This document shows, in pieces, positions 1 through 8,783 of a stretch of DNA of 28,907 bases. The notes beneath the pieces were generated by a model. The model did no database searches. It saw only the letters and a list, made by a program, of their open reading frames with translations, and was not told the origin of the DNA. Made by a program: the position numbers and the translations under genes. Each line of letters opens with the position of its first letter. Within the stretch, counting starts at the first letter, position 1. The DNA lies in sequence record SRR20825019_2087; one strand, written 5' to 3'.

Positions 1-277
1 TACTTCCGCTTCCTGTTAGGAACATTTCGTGTTTACTGTATTTCTCGGCTGCTTTCTCAGAGTTAATGTAAATCCGTTTGAAAACGACGATTTGCATTTC
101 AAACATATCCTTGAAGTCCAAGGTAGTTACGTTGTTCACGAAAAAGGCTGATTCTTTTTTGAGTGAATCTGGCACTTCAACTGGTGAAAACTCAGGCCAG
201 ATATACGTTCCACGCGCACCATCGGCATGAGATAAAAATGCAAAAAGTAAAATGGTGATTGTCAGGATTGTTTTCAT
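1..277 (-). CDS. Secreted protein, probably DUF3857-domain (5' part only; runs off the left edge)
   Basis: Not in the ORF track. Manual translation from ATG at 277 gives MKTILTITILLFAFLSHADGARGTYIWPEF...VVFKRIYINSEKAAEKYS..., open to position 1. Has a signal peptide and an ATGA overlap with the stop of 274..1938. 'KRIYINSEKA' resembles the DUF3857 N-terminus. Confidence 0.7.
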   Translation of the reverse strand, partial: MKTILTITILLFAFLSHADGARGTYIWPEFSPVEVPDSLKKESAFFVNNVTTLDFKDMFEMQIVVFKRIYINSEKAAEKYSKHEMFLTGSGS

Positions 278-1938
278 TTATTCAACTTTATGGGTTTAGC
301 TATAATTTCTTCCCAACCAGTGATTAATTCATCGTCTTCAAACTCTTTGGTGGAAGCTTTTCTTTGGAGTGGGTACATAAGTTTGATCCGATTCCCTTCA
401 TTCTGAATCGTGATTGGCTGTTTTGGTTTATCTGCAAACTCCAGTGATTCATTCTGTTGTGAAAGTACAATCACGTTCACGTCTGAATCAAAGAGCGGAT
501 AAGTATTGTTTTGACAAAGTGCTGTAATTATTGATGGGTTAAGAATGAATGACGGTTCCAATAAAGACTTTGAGCCAATTTTCGAAATCATTGTAGACTT
601 CATCTGAGTACTTGCTACTAAAACAGCATCTCCTTCAGAAATCGTCAGGCTGTCCACCTTCCACTCGAGGTTTGTTGTATTTCTTAACATTCGTTCGATT
701 GAGCGTTCAGGATCGTGTTCCTTCTTTGCCATATACTGAAAATAATTGCTCATTTTTCCCTGAGCGTCTATGTTCAAATGTACTTTCGCATTTTCAAGAT
801 CAACGGTATACGTAAGTTCAACGCCATGAGGGAAAAGAGGCTCTGCGGGTACATCTAAATAATACCCTTCGTGTCTTCCGACTAGAAAAACTTCCGTTCC
901 CAAAATCTGAATGCTCGGATCTCCAAATCGACAAACTTCTTCTGTTGCATCGAGAAAGAACCATTGATCAGACAATTTCAGTGCGCAAATAGTGTGATTA
1001 GCCGAACCAAGTGCTGGAAAATCGAGCTTTCCTTCTTTAGAATTTGTTCTTGAAATTGCTGAATATGCCTCCATTCCGAATGATCTGTAGAGTGCAGTAA
1101 GCAAAGTCGCCATATCTTTACAATCTCCCAAGCCATTTTGTAAAACCTGTTCGCAATGACGTGGAATAACCGCGTTAATACCATTTTCGACATCGATGTA
1201 ACGAATTTTCTCTTGAACATACGTGAAGCACGCTTCTGCCAATGCTCGTTGATCTCCCAGCTTCGCAATTTCCTTTAATTCCTTCGGAATCACTTGCTCT
1301 GAAATGACCAGTTGCGGATCTATGCGACTTTGAAACCAATCGGAAAAATACTTATTTGGATCAGCAGTTTTTGGATGAATTAAGAACTTCAATATTTCCA
1401 ATGAATCAAAACTCTCCTGTGAAAAGGAAACTTTTCCTTCAAACGACTTATTTAATGAAGTCGTCATCCGCATACTTTCGGGTAATGTGTATTCGTAGGT
1501 ACATCCTTCGGACTCAAAGAATCCTTTTTTAAACATTCGAGAAAGAAAGATCGTGTGTTTATCCTTCGTAGCAAAAACGACTTTAAATTTCATTCCTGCT
1601 GGAATCACGAATCTATAGTATTTTGTTCCTGTAAAGAAGGAATTCCAACTCATCGTTGAAATCGTAAGGTTATCTTTTAAACTAACAGTTTTCCATTTTC
1701 CTTTGCTCCACTCGCTCACTTCTAGCGATTGAAGTTCAGATAATTCGTTGACAGGAAATCCGATTCGCTCACCAAACAGCGAGGTGTTTTCTCCTTCAAT
1801 TTCAATGCGAGATTGATAATTGTTTGCATCCAAAACGGTATAAGAATGAGATTCGCGCGAAATGGTCAATCCTTCCTCCGAAAAGGAAAAAAACGACATT
1901 AGCAAAAGCAAATGAGTGAGAAGGGTTATTCTAAGCAC
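274..1938 (-). CDS. Secreted transglutaminase-like domain protein (DUF3857-associated type)
   Basis: GDCKDMATLL (Cys), NHTICAL (His) and WFFLDAT (Asp) form the catalytic-triad motifs; N-terminal signal peptide. The track's TTG start (1944) lies inside a promoter box, so GTG at 1938 is preferred. Confidence 0.85.
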   Translation of the reverse strand: MLRITLLTHLLLLMSFFSFSEEGLTISRESHSYTVLDANNYQSRIEIEGENTSLFGERIGFPVNELSELQSLEVSEWSKGKWKTVSLKDNLTISTMSWNSFFTGTKYYRFVIPAGMKFKVVFATKDKHTIFLSRMFKKGFFESEGCTYEYTLPESMRMTTSLNKSFEGKVSFSQESFDSLEILKFLIHPKTADPNKYFSDWFQSRIDPQLVISEQVIPKELKEIAKLGDQRALAEACFTYVQEKIRYIDVENGINAVIPRHCEQVLQNGLGDCKDMATLLTALYRSFGMEAYSAISRTNSKEGKLDFPALGSANHTICALKLSDQWFFLDATEEVCRFGDPSIQILGTEVFLVGRHEGYYLDVPAEPLFPHGVELTYTVDLENAKVHLNIDAQGKMSNYFQYMAKKEHDPERSIERMLRNTTNLEWKVDSLTISEGDAVLVASTQMKSTMISKIGSKSLLEPSFILNPSIITALCQNNTYPLFDSDVNVIVLSQQNESLEFADKPKQPITIQNEGNRIKLMYPLQRKASTKEFEDDELITGWEEIIAKPIKLNK

Positions 1939-1941
1939 AAC

Positions 1942-1949
1942 CAAAGTTA
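1942..1949 (-). promoter_or_regulatory. Bacteroidota sigma-A -7 element TAACTTTG
   Basis: Exact TAnnTTTG match, 3 nt before the GTG at 1938. Confidence 0.6.
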
Positions 1950-2078
1950 AGCATCATTGAAAAATAATTGCAAGTTTTATTCACTATTTCACAACGTTTT
2001 TTCGAATTATGTTTTCGAACTGTTCTTTTATTCCCCGCTACATTTTGTTACATTTAGTTCCCAAAATATCCATCAATT

Positions 2079-3977
2079 ATGAATTTACGCATTAACAGTT
2101 TCGAAGAATACACCTCTCAATACTCGAAAAGTGTCGAGAATCCTTCTGAGTTTTGGTCGGGTATTGCGGACAATTTTGTTTGGAAAAAGAAATGGGATAC
2201 TGTGGTCAATGCTGAATTTAAAACTCCCGATGTTCGTTGGTTTGAAGGTGGACAATTGAATATTACGGAAAACTTACTCGACCGACATTTAGAAACTCGT
2301 GGAGATCAAGTTGCCTTTCACTGGGAAGCGAATGAAATCAACGGAAACCACACTTCCATTACGTATCGAGCACTTTATGAGGAAGTGTGTAAACTTTCTA
2401 ACGGGCTCAAGAAATTGGGAATTCAGAAAGGTGATCGGGTGTGTATTTACATGCCAATGGTCTTGGAATCAATTGTAGCAATGCTCGCCTGCGCTAGAGT
2501 TGGAGCTGTTCACTCGGTGATTTTTGCGGGTTTTTCTTCAAACGCATTGGCGGATAGAATTAATGATGCGGAAGCGAAATTGGTCATTACTTCAGATGGA
2601 CTAAACCGAGGAAATAAGCAATTGGATTTGAAATCGATGGTGGATGAGGCGTTGATTTCTTGCACTTCGGTAAATCATGTGATTGTGCTGCGCTGTGCAA
2701 ATATCGACGTCGAAATGGTTTCTGGGAGAGATCTTGATTACCATGAATTGATTGCTCCGATGTCGAACGAATGTTCTGCAGAACCAATGAATTCTGAGGA
2801 CCTCTTTTTCATTTTATACACTTCTGGATCAACAGGAAAACCAAAAGGCGTGGTTCACACCTGCGCTGGTTACATGGTCTATGCTGCTTATTCATTTCAA
2901 AACGTATTTCAATACGAAGAAGGAGATGTTTATTGGTGTACCGCCGATATTGGTTGGGTTACAGGACATACCTACATCGTTTACGGTCCTTTACTTTCAG
3001 GTGCGACAAGCATTGTTTTTGAAGGAATTCCAACCTATCCTGATGCTGGAAGGTTTTGGCAGATATGCGAGAAATACAAAGTCAACCAATTTTATACGGC
3101 TCCAACGGCTATTCGATCGCTAATGTGTTTCGGTTTAGACGTGATTAAACCGTATGATTTATCGTCTTTAAAAGTCATAGGATCAGTTGGAGAACCGATA
3201 AATGAAGAAGCTTGGAATTGGTATTACGATAATATCGGAAAGAAAAAATGCCCGTTGGTTGATACTTGGTGGCAAACGGAGACTGGAGGAATTATGCTTT
3301 CAGGTTTAGGCGGTCATTCACCCATGAAACCAACGTATGCGGGATATCCGCTTCCAGGAATTCAACCTGTATTATTAGATACGGAAGGGAAGGAAATTGA
3401 AGAGCACAATGTAGAAGGTTATCTGTGTATCAAATATCCGTGGCCATCTATTGTACGCACAACGTACGGCGATCATGAACGTTGTAAAAACACCTATTTC
3501 TCTCATTATGAGGATTACTACTTCACGGGAGACGGAGCAAAACGCGATGAAAATGGAATGTATCGAATTATTGGTCGTGTGGATGATGTAATCAATGTTT
3601 CAGGTCACCGTTTTGGAACTGCCGAAATAGAAGATGCAATTAACACGAACAAATACGCCGTTGAATCTGCAGTTGTAGGCTATCCGCACGATATAAAAGG
3701 TCAAGGAATTTATGCTTACGTTGTCATTTCTGGTGAACAAGAAACAACCTCGAACGAAATGATTTCATCGATTATTGATTCCGTTTCAGACAAAATTGGT
3801 CGCATTGCTAAACCTGATAAAATTCAACTGGTGAGTGCTCTTCCCAAAACGCGCTCTGGGAAAATCATGCGACGGATTCTTCGGAAAATTGCCGAAGGAG
3901 AGAAGACTAATTTCGGAGATACTTCCACTCTACTCGATCCAAATTTAGTGGACGAAATCGTGCAGTCTGCTGTCTAA
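2079..3977 (+). CDS. acs: Acetyl-CoA synthetase (AMP-forming)
   Basis: YTSGSTGKPKG, DTWWQTETGG, GRVDDVINVSGHR and PKTRSGKIMRRILRKI (acetylatable Lys); 632 aa. Confidence 0.97.
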   Translation: MNLRINSFEEYTSQYSKSVENPSEFWSGIADNFVWKKKWDTVVNAEFKTPDVRWFEGGQLNITENLLDRHLETRGDQVAFHWEANEINGNHTSITYRALYEEVCKLSNGLKKLGIQKGDRVCIYMPMVLESIVAMLACARVGAVHSVIFAGFSSNALADRINDAEAKLVITSDGLNRGNKQLDLKSMVDEALISCTSVNHVIVLRCANIDVEMVSGRDLDYHELIAPMSNECSAEPMNSEDLFFILYTSGSTGKPKGVVHTCAGYMVYAAYSFQNVFQYEEGDVYWCTADIGWVTGHTYIVYGPLLSGATSIVFEGIPTYPDAGRFWQICEKYKVNQFYTAPTAIRSLMCFGLDVIKPYDLSSLKVIGSVGEPINEEAWNWYYDNIGKKKCPLVDTWWQTETGGIMLSGLGGHSPMKPTYAGYPLPGIQPVLLDTEGKEIEEHNVEGYLCIKYPWPSIVRTTYGDHERCKNTYFSHYEDYYFTGDGAKRDENGMYRIIGRVDDVINVSGHRFGTAEIEDAINTNKYAVESAVVGYPHDIKGQGIYAYVVISGEQETTSNEMISSIIDSVSDKIGRIAKPDKIQLVSALPKTRSGKIMRRILRKIAEGEKTNFGDTSTLLDPNLVDEIVQSAV

Positions 3978-3984
3978 ATTTTAG

Positions 3985-5205
3985 CTAAGCGTTCTTTGGA
4001 GATTTTGCGCGCATTGCTCTCCAGAAAAGAAACGTGGCAACTAACACTAAAATGGATGCTACAAAATAAGGCGATCCATAAATTCGGTCTTCAAAAACAA
4101 TTCCGGTTGTCGTTAAACCTAATAATAGCGGCATGAAAAACGTTCCAATCACCTCAGAGATACTGACGATACTGGTTATTGAACCTTGCAATTCCCCTTG
4201 TTCCGTGTCTGGAGTGCTGTTCGACATAATCGCTTGAATGGTTGGTCCCGCAAGACCTGTAAATGCATACGGAAGCATGAGAGCATACAACATCCATCCT
4301 TTCGAAGCGAGTCCAATTCCTATCAACGAAAGAAAAAAGAGAACTAGACCGAAATAAGCCGTTTTGACGTTTCCGAATTTCTTGGAAAAAACACCTGCTA
4401 ATCCACCTTGAACCACGGCGATGCAAATTCCAACAACCGCCAATGAAATTCCGATATCGCTTTTGCTCCAATCAAATTTCTCTTCCGTCAGGTAAACCCA
4501 CGTAGTTTGAATAGCCGTTCCTGCCGAGTAGTAGAGAAAGATTACAAGAAATAATAAACCAATGGCTTTGTAATTAATCATTTGAATAATTGCTCCAATT
4601 GGATTCGATCTTTTAAAGGAAAACGGTCTTCTTTTTTCAACTGGGAGAGATTCTTTTAGGACAAAAAATCCGTAAACCATATTGACCAAGGAAAGTCCCG
4701 CAGCCAGTAAAAATGGCGCACGAAGTCCCTGATCTCCTAAAAACCCTCCGATTGCTGGACCAATAATGAAACCGATTCCAAAAGCGGCTCCGACCATTCC
4801 AAAATTCTTCGCTTTATTTTCAGCTGTAGAAATATCGGCTATGTATGCAGATGCCGTTGTAAAACTTGCACCAAACATTCCAGCCATGCATCTTCCGATC
4901 ACCAACCAAAATAACGTAGGTGCGAAGTACATGAAGATATAATCGACGCCCAATCCAAAGAGTGAGAGTAAAAGAACAGGTCTTCTTCCATAACGATCGC
5001 TTAATCCACCAATAACGGGAGCAAACACATATTGCATCAGTGCATAAATTGAGATAATAAATGCATAATATGGTTTAGAATCCTCCAACTGAATCCCAGA
5101 AACATCCGCGATCAGATCAGGAAGTGAGGGAATTATAATACCTATACCCGTTGCGTCGATCACAATGGTAATAAAGATAAAAAGCATTGCATTTTTGGAA
5201 TTCAT
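3985..5205 (-). CDS. TCR/Tet-family (DHA1) MFS efflux transporter
   Basis: Motif A GGLSDRYGRRPVLLLSL, motif C GFIIGPAIGG, TM1 DATGIGIIIP; about 12 hydrophobic segments. Confidence 0.92.
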   Translation of the reverse strand: MNSKNAMLFIFITIVIDATGIGIIIPSLPDLIADVSGIQLEDSKPYYAFIISIYALMQYVFAPVIGGLSDRYGRRPVLLLSLFGLGVDYIFMYFAPTLFWLVIGRCMAGMFGASFTTASAYIADISTAENKAKNFGMVGAAFGIGFIIGPAIGGFLGDQGLRAPFLLAAGLSLVNMVYGFFVLKESLPVEKRRPFSFKRSNPIGAIIQMINYKAIGLLFLVIFLYYSAGTAIQTTWVYLTEEKFDWSKSDIGISLAVVGICIAVVQGGLAGVFSKKFGNVKTAYFGLVLFFLSLIGIGLASKGWMLYALMLPYAFTGLAGPTIQAIMSNSTPDTEQGELQGSITSIVSISEVIGTFFMPLLLGLTTTGIVFEDRIYGSPYFVASILVLVATFLFWRAMRAKSPKNA

Positions 5206-5210
5206 GGCGG

Positions 5211-5218
5211 CAAAGTTA
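5211..5218 (-). promoter_or_regulatory. Bacteroidota -7 element TAACTTTG for the MFS gene
   Basis: Exact TAnnTTTG match, 5 nt before the ATG at 5205. Confidence 0.65.
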
Positions 5219-5289
5219 GCAGAAAGACGGTTGCTGTGGCGTTAAGTTTTTGATAAAAAAGAGTTTTCCTTACTTTCTTTTTATTTGGA

Positions 5290-5318
5290 TGCAACCCTTT
5301 TCTCTTGAAAATCATTCT
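5290..5318 (+). promoter_or_regulatory. Candidate ECF-sigma promoter (TGCAAC-N17-CATTCT)
   Basis: AAC-containing -35, T-rich 17-nt spacer and CAT/TCT -10, 15 nt upstream of the lipoprotein cassette; an ECF gene lies downstream on the same strand. Confidence 0.45.
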
Positions 5319-5333
5319 AAAAGAAAACGAGTT

Positions 5334-5765
5334 ATGAAAAAAACCTTAAAAATTGTATTCATTTGCATGACACTTACAACTGTTGGGTTAATGAGTTGCA
5401 ATAAAGATTTAGACCCTAAATACGGTTACTCACCCAATCCAGAATCCGAAATCGCAGGATCTTGGAAATTAACAGAAGTATTAGCTGATCCCGGAAATGG
5501 AAGCGGAACTTTTCAACCGGTAACAAGTGATAAGGTCATTCAAATCTTTGCAGATTCAACCTTCATGTCAAATGGTCAAATGTGCAATATGAATTCAGAT
5601 ACAATAGGATCAGAATTTGGATATCTCGCTGACTCTGTGAATATCACATTAGTAATGAGTCCATGCTGGGGAACCTTTCCAATTACCTATCAGATAACTG
5701 GAAACGAGCTAATCCTCACCTATCCTTGCATTGAAGCCTGTCGCCAGAAATATGTAAGACTCTAA
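5334..5765 (+). CDS. Lipoprotein with lipocalin/META-like domain
   Basis: Start corrected to ATG 5334 (MKKTLKIVFICMTLTTVGLMS-C lipobox). IAGSWKLTEV fits the lipocalin-like GxW motif; four further Cys. Confidence 0.75.
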   Translation: MKKTLKIVFICMTLTTVGLMSCNKDLDPKYGYSPNPESEIAGSWKLTEVLADPGNGSGTFQPVTSDKVIQIFADSTFMSNGQMCNMNSDTIGSEFGYLADSVNITLVMSPCWGTFPITYQITGNELILTYPCIEACRQKYVRL

Positions 5766-5775
5766 CTTTCAACCT

Positions 5776-6114
5776 ATGAAAACGTTACAAATCCTCTTCA
5801 TTTCGAGTATTATCGGGAGTTTTTTAATATCCTGTCACAAAGATGTAGATTCGTCTCCATCATCGTGTATCTCATCGAAAATCAACACTTTTAAGAAAGA
5901 AGCGTGTAATGACGGACGAGTTGATACTTATCTTTTTAACTCACAGAAAGTCTACGTTTTTGAACTAGGTACTTGTATCGCCGACGGACAATCGAACGTA
6001 TACAGCGAACAGTGTGAATTATTAGGCTCTTTGGGAGGAATTAGCGGAAACTCCACAATACAAGGCCAATCATTTGAGTCCGCTCAATTTAAATCAACTA
6101 TTTGGAAACCATGA
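5776..6114 (+). CDS. Cys-rich small lipoprotein (DUF6970-like)
   Basis: Lipobox FLIS-C; pattern CI..KI..F...C...V..Y.F...VY.F...CIAD...VY...C.LLG.LGG. Confidence 0.7.
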   Translation: MKTLQILFISSIIGSFLISCHKDVDSSPSSCISSKINTFKKEACNDGRVDTYLFNSQKVYVFELGTCIADGQSNVYSEQCELLGSLGGISGNSTIQGQSFESAQFKSTIWKP

Positions 6115-6398
6115 AATACTTAATTTACACCCCATTACTTTTATTTGCGTTTATTACCTCTAGCTGCGCAAAGCAATATACAGAAGGAACGATTTACAGG
6201 GATTGCACTGGAACCTATATTCACATCAACGATGACTATTTCAACGTTGTGAACAGTTCAAAAGTCGCATCAATTGAAAACGACTCCAAAGTTCAAATGC
6301 AATTCGAAAATGCAAATGGTCCAGGACCAGACATTATTTGTATGATGGTTTCAGTTCCAAATGCAGGATACATTAAGATTTTATCCATTAAAGAGTAA
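6111..6398 (+). CDS. Small lipoprotein, possible OB-fold
   Basis: ATG 6111 overlaps the previous stop (ATGA); lipobox ITSS-C; five predicted beta strands, DCTG and ICMM Cys motifs. Confidence 0.7.
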   Translation: MKYLIYTPLLLFAFITSSCAKQYTEGTIYRDCTGTYIHINDDYFNVVNSSKVASIENDSKVQMQFENANGPGPDIICMMVSVPNAGYIKILSIKE

Positions 6399-6499
6399 CA
6401 ATAACAAGGTGAATCAAAAAAACTCATGTATATTTTCAAACACTTTAACCCATTTATATCCTAGGTAAAAAATATAAATCCTACACGGATGATGCATTA

Positions 6500-7033
6500 G
6501 TGGCCGAATGCTTGAAACATCATCGCGAAGCTCAGAAAGAGCTTTACGACCGCTATTGTGTTCAAATGAAGGGGATTTGCATGCGTTTTTCACATTCCGA
6601 GATGGAAGCAGAAGACTTGTTGCAAGAAAGTTTTGTCCGCGTATTTATTGGATTAAAAAAGTTCAATTCAGGATCGCTTGGAGCATGGGTTAGAACGATT
6701 ACAATTAATACAGCGATTGAGTTCTATCGAAAGCAAAAAACGCGAAAGCAGCACTATGATAATCTCGCGCTTGACTCCGTAGATACCGAACTAGCACTTG
6801 ATCATATCGCTTTGGAGGATTTATTAAAGAAAATTCAAGCGTTACCCGACGGATACCGAATGGTGTTTAACCTTTATGAAATTGAAGGCTACAACCATCG
6901 AGAAATTGGAGAAAAACTCGGAATCTCCGAAGGAACGAGTAAATCGCAACTAGCACGCGCGAAGCACTTTTTGAGAGAACAGCTCAAGGCAGAAGAAAAT
7001 TATGAACGAAACCAGCTAAAACATGTCGAATAA
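6500..7033 (+). CDS. ECF RNA polymerase sigma factor (ECF21-like); true start probably upstream
   Basis: Region 2 AEDLLQESFVRVF and WVRTITINTAI; region 4 LPDGYRMVFNLYEIEGYNHREIGEKLGISEGTSKSQLARAK. Confidence 0.95.
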   Translation: MAECLKHHREAQKELYDRYCVQMKGICMRFSHSEMEAEDLLQESFVRVFIGLKKFNSGSLGAWVRTITINTAIEFYRKQKTRKQHYDNLALDSVDTELALDHIALEDLLKKIQALPDGYRMVFNLYEIEGYNHREIGEKLGISEGTSKSQLARAKHFLREQLKAEENYERNQLKHVE

Positions 7034-8258
7034 CCAGCATAAAACACCCTTATCGGAGCGATTTAGCGAATACGGAAGTACTCCTTCCGATGCCGTGTGG
7101 ACCGCTATTGACACACAACTTACTGCTCAACGCAGCAAGAACAAAGGTCTGATTTTCTGGGTTTCAGCAAATGCAGCTATGCTCGGTTTGGTGATTTTCA
7201 CCTTTACTCTGGACGCCGAAAAAGGTGCTCTCGCTAACGAAATCACTCTTCTATCTACGGAGAACTCAACGGAAAATAAAGCTGAAAAAACTGAGACTCC
7301 CATTATCAAGAAGGAACTTCAGTCACAGGAAAAAGCAACATACAACTTGTTTGGTCGCTATTCCTCTACTCAGCCCATTCAAACGAATTATTTGAATAAA
7401 GACCCTCAAAATTCAACAATGGAAATTGAAAAAAGTCCATCAGAGAATCCGAACATTGATCCGTTAGTAGATCAAACATCTGCATCATTTTCAAAAATAG
7501 ACGTCCTCCCAATTATCGGAGTTAAAAACCTAGTTTCCGATCATGAACGAAATTTGTTGGTGTGTTCTCGTGTTCCTTCGAAGAGGTTTCGCACATTTGA
7601 ATTTGGAGCCCGGTTTGCAACCTTTTCTGAGATCATAGAATCCGAACGCACCGTAGCTATTCTACCCGTAGATCCTAGTCAAATGAACATCGGTTCGTTT
7701 ACTACAGATTCAGGGAATTACGCCCACAATTATGGACATCGTCGGCAATTTGAATTTGAAATATTTACGCGCGGACACGTTAGAAGATTTTATTACACTG
7801 TCGGGCTTTCTGTAGCGAAAACACGCGTCGATGAGCTTTATGGAAACTCGGAGTCAGGTTTTCGCGAGTTCGTTACAAAAGACATTACGAGTTTTGGTGC
7901 TCCAATTTCTGTAGGCTTCAATTTCATTGATCTTCCGCGATTTCAATTTTCCTTGGCGACGAGAATTATTCCAGAGTTTTCCTTGCTAAAAAATTATGAA
8001 AGTAACTTAGAAGGGCCTGTTTTCACAACGAGCACACCTCCCCAACCCATCACAAGTTACTCTCAAGAACATCAAATTACCTCGGCTACGACCTTGGGAT
8101 TAGAACCTCATTTATCTATGAATTTTAAGCTCAATGAACGCCTCGACCTCTTTGGGCAATTTGGTTATCGCACTGGCTTGATTCGATCCAGTTTGTTTTC
8201 CACTTATTTTACTCCAAATTTCACTGCGTTTTCTGTTGGAACGGTGATACGGTTCTAA
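7023..8258 (+). CDS. Predicted dual-membrane-spanning anti-sigma factor (cytoplasmic domain, TM, linker, OM beta-barrel)
   Basis: Overlaps the sigma gene by 11 bp. N-terminal PSDAVWTAIDTQL, one TM at about aa 43-63, polar S/T/E/K/P-rich linker, amphipathic beta strands from about aa 190 ending VGTVIRF (terminal Phe). Confidence 0.75.
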   Translation: MSNNQHKTPLSERFSEYGSTPSDAVWTAIDTQLTAQRSKNKGLIFWVSANAAMLGLVIFTFTLDAEKGALANEITLLSTENSTENKAEKTETPIIKKELQSQEKATYNLFGRYSSTQPIQTNYLNKDPQNSTMEIEKSPSENPNIDPLVDQTSASFSKIDVLPIIGVKNLVSDHERNLLVCSRVPSKRFRTFEFGARFATFSEIIESERTVAILPVDPSQMNIGSFTTDSGNYAHNYGHRRQFEFEIFTRGHVRRFYYTVGLSVAKTRVDELYGNSESGFREFVTKDITSFGAPISVGFNFIDLPRFQFSLATRIIPEFSLLKNYESNLEGPVFTTSTPPQPITSYSQEHQITSATTLGLEPHLSMNFKLNERLDLFGQFGYRTGLIRSSLFSTYFTPNFTAFSVGTVIRF

Positions 8259-8273
8259 TTCGCATTGACTAAT

Positions 8274-8768
8274 CTACTGTAAACTATACAATTCGACCAC
8301 TTTATCTAAGTCAGTCGCTTCGTTAATTTCATAGAAATAATCCAACTGCCATTTTTGTGTTCGTTCCGCTTGTTTATTGTTAGCGAAATCCCAAATAGGA
8401 TACACGCGAAATGCTCTTTTCCCCTCTTTTTTCTCCGTTGAAATAAGTCCTTTTTTTACAAGAATTGATTTTGGAAAAACAAATTGTCCAAACTTGTTTT
8501 CTGTGCGCACGTTTACAACGAAAAAATCAATTTTATCACTTTCATTGAGCGGTTCAATCGGCCCATTATTCGTGCGTTTCCAGAATGTCACAAATTGCCC
8601 GACCTTTTTAGGTGTTACTTTTGCGCTTCGACAAACGACACTCAATCCATTTAACTCAAATTGACATGCGTCATACTCCTTGCTTTCAGCTTCTGGTCTA
8701 TACTCAGAAATCGTCAGTCCACATTTATCGTAGATTTCCGTTTTGATTGAAATTAGGTTAGGGTTCAT
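8274..8768 (-). CDS. MepB family protein
   Basis: RSAKVTPKKVGQFVTFWKR, GQFVFPK and GKRAFRVYP.W motifs. Confidence 0.88.
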   Translation of the reverse strand: MNPNLISIKTEIYDKCGLTISEYRPEAESKEYDACQFELNGLSVVCRSAKVTPKKVGQFVTFWKRTNNGPIEPLNESDKIDFFVVNVRTENKFGQFVFPKSILVKKGLISTEKKEGKRAFRVYPIWDFANNKQAERTQKWQLDYFYEINEATDLDKVVELYSLQ

Positions 8769-8783
8769 TTATTTCAGATTAAT

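Noticed and set aside
3985-5205. Calling the MFS gene an acquired tetA resistance determinant
   Set aside because: No divergent tetR, tet operators or mobile context; TCR/Tet-like MFS genes are common chromosomal genes in Bacteroidota and substrate cannot be read from sequence.
8274-8768. mepRAB-type efflux operon
   Set aside because: Only a MepB-family gene is present; no MarR regulator or MATE pump nearby.
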